Below, in pieces: positions 26,810-34,009 of a stretch of DNA of 35,817 nt (position 1 is the first letter of the stretch; each line of letters starts with the position of its first letter). The notes beneath the pieces are model-generated. The model saw only the letters and a program-made list of their open reading frames with translations. It made no database searches and had not been told where the DNA came from. Position numbers and translations under genes: made by a program. The DNA is from Nitrospinaceae bacterium. GTDB lineage: Bacteria > Nitrospinota > Nitrospinia > Nitrospinales > VA-1. The stretch spans positions 1-35,817 of the forward strand of contig JBHHVU010000031.1 of assembly GCA_046754465.1 (NCBI GenBank), given 5' to 3'.

Positions 26810-28908
26810 AAGACCGCGATAGACCTTTCTTCCAGGAGATAAGCGGTTCCCCCTCGAAAGATCAGGGAACTTTCCGGTTTGGAGGAATCCAGAAGGGTTT
26901 CCCAGCGTGTCCCTTTTTTGTAGGCGGGAAGAACGAAAGGAATTTCCTCGTGGTGAGCGTTAATAAGAACTAACAGCGTTTTTCCGGTCACCGGTTGGCC
27001 ATTTTCATCCACTTCGTCTATGGCGTCTCCCGCCATCCGTAGGCCGATGCATCGTGCGTAGGGGGTATTCCATTTGGTGGGTGTCATTTCCCGGCCGGCC
27101 GGGGAAATCCAGAGAACATCCTTGCTGCCGGATTTTTTGTTCTTTTTCCCCTTGAAGAATTTCGTCCGTGTCAATACCGGATGGGATTTTCGAAGATGGA
27201 CGAGCTTTTGCAGAAAGCGCAGGAACAGGCGATGCTTTTTGTCCAGGTTCCAGGGATACCAGCTGATCTCGTTATCCTGGCAGTAGGCGTTGTTGTTTCC
27301 CCCTTGCGTTTGCCCCAGTTCGTCCCCGCCCCGGATCAGGGGAACCCCCTGGGAAAGTAGAAGGGTGGCCATGAGGTTCCGTTTCTGTTTTTCCCGCAGC
27401 GCCTTGATGCGTGCATTGTGGGTGGGGCCTTCCGCGCCGCAGTTCCAGCTGAAATTAGCGTCGCTGCCGTCGTGACTATTTTCCCCGTTGGCCTGGTTAT
27501 GCTTGGAATTGTAACTGACCAGGTCCTCGAGGGTGAACCCGTCGTGGGAAGTGATGAAATTGATACTGGCCTGGGGCTGGCGTCCGCCGGGTTGGTACAG
27601 GTCGCTGCTGCCGGACAACCGGCTGGCCAATTCCGGCAGGGTGCCTTCGTCTCCTTTCCAGAACCGGCGGACGGCATCCCGGTACCTTCCGTTCAGTTCG
27701 CACCAGGGGGAGGGAAAATTTCCAACCTGGTAGCCGCCTTCTCCAACATCCCACGGTTCCGCGATCAGCTTCACCCGTGAAAGGATAGGATCTTGATTGA
27801 TAATCTTGATAAAGGCGCTTTGAAAATCCACCGCATGTTTTTCACGGACCAGAGCGCTGGCCAGATCGAACCGGAATCCGTCCACATGCATCTCGTTGAC
27901 CCAGTACCGCAAACTGTCCATGATCAGCGCGAGGACGACAGGGTGGCGGGTGTCGAGGGTGTTGCCGCACCCCGTAAAGTCCTGGTAGAACCTTGGATCC
28001 TCCGCGTTCAAACGATAATAAACGCGGTTATCGATCCCCCGGAAGGACAGGGTGGGTCCCAGATGGTTCCCTTCGGCGGTGTGATTGTAAACCACGTCGA
28101 GGATGACCTCGATGCCCTCGGCGTGAAGGGCCCGCACCATCATTTTGAATTCGCGTACCGGGTCCGCCCCCGGTCCCGAGGCGAACCGGGAATCGGGCGC
28201 GAAATAAGACAGCGTGTTGTATCCCCAATAATTGGTCAGCCCGTTTTGAATCAGATGGTATTCCGTGAAACATTGATGGATGGGCATCAGCTCCACCGCG
28301 GTGATACCCAGGTCTTTGAGATGCTGGATCACGGGTTCCTGGATCAGGCCAAGAAAAGTTCCCCGGAGTTCCGGGGGCACCTCCGGGTGCCGGGCGGTCA
28401 AACCTTTCACATGGGTTTCGTAAATCAGTGTCTGGTTCCAGGGAATTCCCGGCGGCCGGTCGTCCCCCCAGGTGAACGAGGAATCGACGGTCACCGACAG
28501 CGGGGCGTGGGCGGCGTCATCTTGGGGGTTGGGAGCATCGTCCTCCCCGTTCGATTCGAGAGCGTAACCGAAGAGGGATTCATCCCCTTTCCCGGCGCGG
28601 ACCACCCGTTTGGCGTAGGGATCGACGAGCACCTTACCAGGGTTGAACCGGTGTCCCCGGTCCGGAGCATAGGGTCCGTACACCCTGTACCCATACAGGC
28701 ATCCCGGCGGAAGGCCTTCGAGGTAAGTGTGCCAAATGTGGGGGGTCGATTCGGTCAGGGAAACGCGGTCGGATTCCCTGGCTGCGTAGATGGAGTCAAA
28801 CAGGCAAAGTTCAACCTGGGTGGCGTGCCTGCTGAACAGGGCGAAATTAACGCCCCGTCCGTCCCAAGTGGCCCCCAGCGGAAAAGGTTTTCCTTTTTTC
28901 TTCCTCAT
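26779..28908 (-). CDS. glgX: Glycogen debranching enzyme GlgX/TreX (isoamylase)
   Basis: Starts MRKKKGKPFPLGATWDG (ATG 28908); NYWGYNT, DVVYNHTAEG, DGFRFDLA, IAEPWD, HDGFTL and GNNNAYCQDN motifs. Confidence 0.95.
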   Translation of the reverse strand: MRKKKGKPFPLGATWDGRGVNFALFSRHATQVELCLFDSIYAARESDRVSLTESTPHIWHTYLEGLPPGCLYGYRVYGPYAPDRGHRFNPGKVLVDPYAKRVVRAGKGDESLFGYALESNGEDDAPNPQDDAAHAPLSVTVDSSFTWGDDRPPGIPWNQTLIYETHVKGLTARHPEVPPELRGTFLGLIQEPVIQHLKDLGITAVELMPIHQCFTEYHLIQNGLTNYWGYNTLSYFAPDSRFASGPGADPVREFKMMVRALHAEGIEVILDVVYNHTAEGNHLGPTLSFRGIDNRVYYRLNAEDPRFYQDFTGCGNTLDTRHPVVLALIMDSLRYWVNEMHVDGFRFDLASALVREKHAVDFQSAFIKIINQDPILSRVKLIAEPWDVGEGGYQVGNFPSPWCELNGRYRDAVRRFWKGDEGTLPELASRLSGSSDLYQPGGRQPQASINFITSHDGFTLEDLVSYNSKHNQANGENSHDGSDANFSWNCGAEGPTHNARIKALREKQKRNLMATLLLSQGVPLIRGGDELGQTQGGNNNAYCQDNEISWYPWNLDKKHRLFLRFLQKLVHLRKSHPVLTRTKFFKGKKNKKSGSKDVLWISPAGREMTPTKWNTPYARCIGLRMAGDAIDEVDENGQPVTGKTLLVLINAHHEEIPFVLPAYKKGTRWETLLDSSKPESSLIFRGGTAYLLEERSIAVLCLLSKTEIR

Positions 28909-28966
28909 TGCCTCGCGATGGGGCTTTGGGGAAGCGGCTTCATGGAGGTGTCCTCGTAAAATGCCA

Positions 28967-29479
28967 TCAATAAACTGGGTTATGAAAATAGTAAAGTGCG
29001 TCGTCTCCCGGTGTGATGGTATAGTCAGGCAGGCTGGAACATTGTTCCAGTACGATTTTCCAGGAACCGCCGTCTTTTTTAAAGACATAGTTGCAGACAC
29101 TATGCTGTCTTTCATCCGTGTCCGTACTCTTGGAAGTGATGCTGCTGATTTCGTCCGCAAGGATATAACCCAGGACTTTACCTACCCGGCCGGCGAGCAC
29201 TTGTCTTTGGGTTTGGCAATTCATTTCCCGGAAGTCGGACATCATCTGGCGGTAACCCGTGATCCGGTTTTCGAGGAGGGCGCGTTTGTCGTCCGCCATG
29301 ATGACCAGTTTGGGCGCATAAAACTGGGTGATTTTTTCCGGCTGGGTGCATACCAGGCTGTCGACTTTTTTGAGGATGGTGGTGAGTTCATCCGTGTCCG
29401 CGGCGGAGGCATTCTCCAGCCCGGTCAGAGGAAAAATCATCACTGCGGCGAGAGCGATTCTTGCAATAAATTTAAACAT
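28967..29479 (-). CDS. Secreted NTF2/SnoaL-like (DUF4440-like) fold protein
   Basis: GGAGG SD, signal peptide, C-terminal VFKKDGGSWKIVLEQCS typical of NTF2-like folds; four Cys. Confidence 0.75.
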   Translation of the reverse strand: MFKFIARIALAAVMIFPLTGLENASAADTDELTTILKKVDSLVCTQPEKITQFYAPKLVIMADDKRALLENRITGYRQMMSDFREMNCQTQRQVLAGRVGKVLGYILADEISSITSKSTDTDERQHSVCNYVFKKDGGSWKIVLEQCSSLPDYTITPGDDALYYFHNPVY

Positions 29480-29566
29480 TAAAATTCCTCCAGGGCATCA
29501 AAACAGGCTTCGATTTTAAAAAAATCCGTTCGCATGGACGGCAATGGACCCTTTCATAATGGACGA

Positions 29567-31744
29567 TCAAGGAAAGTTTTGAAAAAAGATTTCCACGGTT
29601 TCCCCATCACGCCCCCAGCCGAAACTCCCGGAACCGGCCAGGGTGGTGATGATTCCCCGAGTATCGACTTTTCGTATGCGGTTGTTCCCCATATCCGAGA
29701 TATATAAATTGCCCTTGGCATCAAACGCGATGGCGGAAGGACCTTTAAGCATGGCCTTCACGGCGGGGCCCCCATCCCCGAAAAAGCCCTGAATCCCTCT
29801 CCCGGCGACGGTCACGATTTTCCCGTCCTTGGTGATTTTTCGGATGCGGTTGGTATATGCCCCGGCGATATACAGTTCCCCGGAAGGGCTGAGGGCGAGG
29901 TCGTCCATGGACCGAATGCCCGCCTCCAGGGCCGGGCCGCCGTCACCGGAATATTCATGCGTGCCGTTGCCCGCGATTGTGCTGACGATGCCATTGGGAT
30001 CGATTTTCCGAATCCGGTTATTGGCGGTATCGGCAATGAACAGATTACCCGCCTTATCCGCCACCAGGGCTTGGGGATCCCGAAACGCCGCCTGCTTGGC
30101 GGGTCCGCCATCTCCAAAATAATCCGACTCCCCAGTTCCCGCGAAGTTGGTGATGTTCCCCTTCGTATCCACCATGCGGATTTGATGATTGATGCGGTCG
30201 GCGATATAAAGATTGTTCTTACCGTCGAAAGTGATATCCGAGAACTGGGTCATGACCGCGATTTTGCTTTTCATGGCCACTGCCTTGGAACGGGAGGCTT
30301 TCAAGGCCGCAAGATATTTCGGATTCGACGTATTCAGGAATTCGTGGATGATGCCCTTGCGGTCAATCTTCCGGATGATGCTGATAAAACCGCTGGGACT
30401 GACCAGGAAAATTTCGTCCTTGCTGTTGACCGTCAGGGAACTGACCCCATAAAGAGAGGCTTTGAGCGCCGGGATACCATCCCCGACATTCCCCCGGTGA
30501 CCGGTTCCGGCGATGGTGTCGATGATGCCGTCGGGCGTGATTTCCCGGATCCGGTAGTGGCCCTCGTCCGAAAAGATCAGATTGCCCTTGCTATCGGTGA
30601 CCATGCCGTGGGGAAAATTGAGGTTGCTGCCGGCGGCGGGTCCACCGTCCCCAGCAAATTTTTTGAGTCCGTTCCCAGCCACCGTAATGACCTTCCCGGT
30701 TTTGGGATTGATTCGCCGGATCCGGTAATGCGACCGGTCGATGACCAGCACCTGCCCCTGGTTATCCACCGCCACACCAAAGGGAAGGTACAAATTAGTG
30801 TCCCGCGCCAGTTCCGAATCGCCGTTGTAATCCTGCTGTCCGGTGCCTGCAACGGTTCGAATCATGCCCTGGGGGTCGACGACGCGGATTCGGTTGTTGT
30901 TCCGGTCGGCGATGTAGAGATTTCCCTGGTCATCCAGCGCCACGTCCGTGGGTCCGGCGATGCTTGCCCGGTAAGCGGGGCCGTTATCGCCGATGAAAAA
31001 GAACCCACCGTCCCCGGCGATGGTGGTGATGATGCCGTTGGGGTTCACTTTTCGGATCCGGTTGTTTCCCCGGTCGGCGATGTAGAGGTTGTCCTTTTTA
31101 TCGATGGCCAGTCCGAAGGGTTTGTCCAGGGTGGCCTTGAGAGCCGGGCCCGCGTCTCCATGATAACCATCCTTTCCATTGCCGGCGAATGTGGTAATAA
31201 TGCCTTTTTTGTTCACCACCCGGATGCGGTTGTTGGACCGGTCGGCAATGTAAAGGTTTCCTTTGCTGTCCAAAGCCACGCCGGAAGGCAGATTGAACTG
31301 GGCTTGGGTTGCCGGGCCGCCGTCTCCACTAAATCCCGCTGTTCCCATTCCTGCAACCGTTGTGATGATTCCCCGGGTATCGACTTTTCGGATGACATGG
31401 TTTTCCCGGTCGGCGATGTAGAGGTTGCCTTGCTTGTCGACCACTAGACCCGCCGGGGTTCTCAATTGAGCCTCGACCGCGGGGCCGCCGTCGCCTTTAT
31501 AGCCGGAAGAGCCCGTCCCGGCATACAGAATCATTTTCCCTTCCGGGTCGATCCGGTTGATTTTGTTGTGTTCCCTTCTGGAAATATAAATGTTTCCCTC
31601 GCCGTCCACCGCGATTCCGTCCACCAGGGAGATCTCTATTTCCGTGGCATTGATCCCCTTGGCCAGACCCGGTGTAGGAAATCCCAAGGAAAGGATTAGT
31701 GAAAGGGCTATTAGTTTCAAATAGTTGTTAAGATGATCGGGCAT
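29567..31744 (-). CDS. Secreted NHL-repeat (teneurin-like) beta-propeller protein, 12 repeats
   Basis: Twelve ~56-aa units of type P.G.A.D..GNLYIAD..NNRIRKV...G.I.T.AG.G..G..GDGGPA; signal peptide; AGAGGA SD before ATG 31744. Confidence 0.92.
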   Translation of the reverse strand: MPDHLNNYLKLIALSLILSLGFPTPGLAKGINATEIEISLVDGIAVDGEGNIYISRREHNKINRIDPEGKMILYAGTGSSGYKGDGGPAVEAQLRTPAGLVVDKQGNLYIADRENHVIRKVDTRGIITTVAGMGTAGFSGDGGPATQAQFNLPSGVALDSKGNLYIADRSNNRIRVVNKKGIITTFAGNGKDGYHGDAGPALKATLDKPFGLAIDKKDNLYIADRGNNRIRKVNPNGIITTIAGDGGFFFIGDNGPAYRASIAGPTDVALDDQGNLYIADRNNNRIRVVDPQGMIRTVAGTGQQDYNGDSELARDTNLYLPFGVAVDNQGQVLVIDRSHYRIRRINPKTGKVITVAGNGLKKFAGDGGPAAGSNLNFPHGMVTDSKGNLIFSDEGHYRIREITPDGIIDTIAGTGHRGNVGDGIPALKASLYGVSSLTVNSKDEIFLVSPSGFISIIRKIDRKGIIHEFLNTSNPKYLAALKASRSKAVAMKSKIAVMTQFSDITFDGKNNLYIADRINHQIRMVDTKGNITNFAGTGESDYFGDGGPAKQAAFRDPQALVADKAGNLFIADTANNRIRKIDPNGIVSTIAGNGTHEYSGDGGPALEAGIRSMDDLALSPSGELYIAGAYTNRIRKITKDGKIVTVAGRGIQGFFGDGGPAVKAMLKGPSAIAFDAKGNLYISDMGNNRIRKVDTRGIITTLAGSGSFGWGRDGETVEIFFQNFP

Positions 31745-32001
31745 GATGGTCCTCTTTGGCAAGTTACGGTTCCTTTAACGAAGCCCGCAGGGACTCGTAA
31801 CAAATTTCATCTTTAGGAATTGGGAAATTGCTTGAAATCCAGAAAGGTCAGGCCGGGACTTTTCAGGATAATCCCCGGCGGCTATCCCATCGAATAATTA
31901 ACAATAAATTCCTCGAACCGGAACCACAACGGCAGAACGGGGAGAGTCACGGGAAAATCGCCATGAATTTCCGATTATACCGGGGGGTTACCATGTATTT
32001 T

Positions 32002-32017
32002 TGGATTTATAAATCAA
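32002..32017. promoter_or_regulatory. Palindromic operator-like site TGGATTTATAAATCAA
   Basis: 12-bp perfect core GATTTATAAATC overlapping the predicted start site of the leftward promoter; near-copy at 32149-32164. Confidence 0.45.
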
Positions 32018-32019
32018 CA

Positions 32020-32047
32020 ATTATACGTCGGTGGTTAGGTATGTCAA
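32020..32047 (-). promoter_or_regulatory. Consensus sigma70 promoter reading toward the NHL gene
   Basis: Exact TTGACA-N16-TATAAT on the minus strand in an AT-rich intergenic region. Confidence 0.7.
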
Positions 32048-32144
32048 ATGGATTTTAAAGGGATGAGAATTGTGGGGACGGGAAGAAGGGTGCCAGGGGG
32101 TTCCATGAAAATCCCCTTCTGTTGTGGGAAACCCGGTTCAATAA

Positions 32145-32153
32145 TGCTATGAT
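32145..32153 (+). promoter_or_regulatory. Putative extended -10 promoter for the radical SAM operon
   Basis: TGCTATGAT ending 9 nt before ATG 32163; no SD present. Confidence 0.45.
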
Positions 32154-32162
32154 TTATCAATC

Positions 32163-33965
32163 ATGAAAACGATATTGATCTTTCCATCACAGTGGTATCC
32201 CACTCAGCCCTACCTGAGTACCCCTTACCTGACCGCCTATTTGCGCGCCCAGGGATGGGAGGTGGAGCAGCGGGACTTCAACATCGAATCCTACGACCAT
32301 TTTCTTTCGCCGCCGCTGTTACATCAGGCGGTCGAGAAAATGGAAGCCAGGCTGCAAGCGGTCCGGTCTCGAAAAACCATGACCATCAAGGATAAATCCC
32401 TTCTGGACGTTCTGTCTACGGGAATCCGGTTTTCCCCCGCGATCATTTCCCAGGTGGAGGAAGCCAAAACCGTCATGCGGACGCCTGACCGGTTCTTCGA
32501 TTTCGACACTTACCAGCAGGCCGATATGGTCATCAAGTCCGCCCTCAAGTTGGTGTCGGATGCCTATTCGCCGGCGATTCTGTCCTTGTCCACCTTTGAA
32601 AGCGGCACCCGGGCGGAAGATTCGACCTCAAAAGCTCGGGAGGTCACCCGGGACCGCGAGACCAATCCCTTCATCGGCTTGTATGAAGAGACCCTGCTTC
32701 CCGCCACGCCGTGGGAAGAGTATGCCGTGGCGGGAATCTCCATTGTGGGTATTTCACAGATCGTTCCCGGCCTCACCCTGGCCCGGATGCTGAAAGAAAA
32801 ATATCCCCATCTGCATGTGGTGCTTGGTGGGCCCATCTTCAGCGTCAACGCGGGTCAACTGGCCGGGCGGAAGGAATTTTTCGAGGAATTCTGCCACAGC
32901 ATCGTTACCTTTGAAGGGGAGGAACCGCTGCATCGCCTGTTGAGCGCCCTGAAATCCGGACCCGATCTCAAGTCCGTGCCCAACCTGCTTTTTCTGGATG
33001 GGGAGGAAGTCCGGCTGAACCGGGAGCGGGTCGAGTTGCGTTTCGAAGACCTCCCCCCGCCCACGTTCGATGGCTTGCCGATGAACCGCTACTTGTCCCC
33101 GTACCCCATCATTCCGGTTCTGCAAAGCCGCGGGTGTTACTGGGGGAAATGCACCTTCTGCACCCATAGCTATATCTACGGACACCGCTACGGCAAACAA
33201 CGGACCCAGCAGATGGTGGACGAACTGGAAAGGCTCTCGAAAAAATACAAGACGCGGTATTTTACATTTTCCGACGAGGCGGTTTCCCCGCATTCGCTCA
33301 ACGATATTTCCGGCCTGATGCTTGAAAGAGGCGTGGAAATCCGGTCGCTGGCTCTGTTGAAATTTGAAAAAGTCATGGATGACACCTTGTTCCGTAAAAT
33401 CCACCAGGCCGGTTTTATTTTCCTCATGTACGGATTGGAAAGCGCCAATGACCGGGTGCTCGCCCTGATCGACAAGGGCACTTCCAAGGCAGTGGAACGG
33501 GATGTCCTGCGAAGGAGTCACGCCGCGGGGATCTGGAACCACGCCTTCCTCTTTTTCGGGTTTCCCACCGAAACCCGCGGGGAAGCCCAGGAAACCATCG
33601 ATTTTCTCATGGGGAATCTCGATTCGATCCACTCCTTCGGTCCGGGCGTTTTTCTTTTGAACCGGGATTCGAGCTGCTATCAGTTTCCGGAAAAATACTC
33701 CATTTCCAAAATCCTTCAGGATCCCGAAGCCGATATCGCGATGAATCTGGATTTTGCCGCCGACGAGGGCATGACCCGTCAGGAGGCCGTTGAAATGAAC
33801 GACCGCTGTGTCAAAATGGCGGAGGAAAAGTTTACCTCGCTCAAAATCTGGGGAACCCTGCCCAGGGAACATTTTCTCCTCTACCTCGACCGGTATGGAA
33901 AGAATGCCTTGGCGGGAAAATCCTCTCCGCCGGAATCTGAGGAAAAAGTGCTCTGCAAGGCGTGA
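32163..33965 (+). CDS. B12-binding domain radical SAM protein (class B methyltransferase-like)
   Basis: N-terminal FPSQW.P.QPYLS..YL, GISI, VVLGG and FEGEEPL; SRGCYWGKCTFC; FSDE, GLES and FFGFPTET motifs. Confidence 0.92.
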   Translation: MKTILIFPSQWYPTQPYLSTPYLTAYLRAQGWEVEQRDFNIESYDHFLSPPLLHQAVEKMEARLQAVRSRKTMTIKDKSLLDVLSTGIRFSPAIISQVEEAKTVMRTPDRFFDFDTYQQADMVIKSALKLVSDAYSPAILSLSTFESGTRAEDSTSKAREVTRDRETNPFIGLYEETLLPATPWEEYAVAGISIVGISQIVPGLTLARMLKEKYPHLHVVLGGPIFSVNAGQLAGRKEFFEEFCHSIVTFEGEEPLHRLLSALKSGPDLKSVPNLLFLDGEEVRLNRERVELRFEDLPPPTFDGLPMNRYLSPYPIIPVLQSRGCYWGKCTFCTHSYIYGHRYGKQRTQQMVDELERLSKKYKTRYFTFSDEAVSPHSLNDISGLMLERGVEIRSLALLKFEKVMDDTLFRKIHQAGFIFLMYGLESANDRVLALIDKGTSKAVERDVLRRSHAAGIWNHAFLFFGFPTETRGEAQETIDFLMGNLDSIHSFGPGVFLLNRDSSCYQFPEKYSISKILQDPEADIAMNLDFAADEGMTRQEAVEMNDRCVKMAEEKFTSLKIWGTLPREHFLLYLDRYGKNALAGKSSPPESEEKVLCKA

Positions 33966-34009
33966 AAAAATAGTGAACCCGGTGATTTTCCGAAACCTGG
34001 AATGAAACC

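Noticed and set aside
28909..29160. N-terminal extension of GlgX in the ORF track
   Set aside because: Overlaps the NTF2-like gene in another frame; GlgX homology begins at MRKKKGKPFPLGA.
29534..29564. Three ATGGAC hexamers between the NHL and NTF2-like genes
   Set aside because: Short and irregularly spaced; cannot be distinguished from chance.
29957..31447. 496-aa repetitive plus-strand ORF
   Set aside because: Antisense shadow of the NHL repeats.
31828..32058. 76-aa ORF as a RiPP precursor for the radical SAM pair
   Set aside because: TTG start without a good SD, spans promoter elements, and has no leader/core features.
31745..32162. Cobalamin riboswitch upstream of the B12-dependent enzymes
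   Set aside because: The conserved elements (GGGAA...CCC...ACTGT and the B12 box) could not be found in order on either strand by eye.
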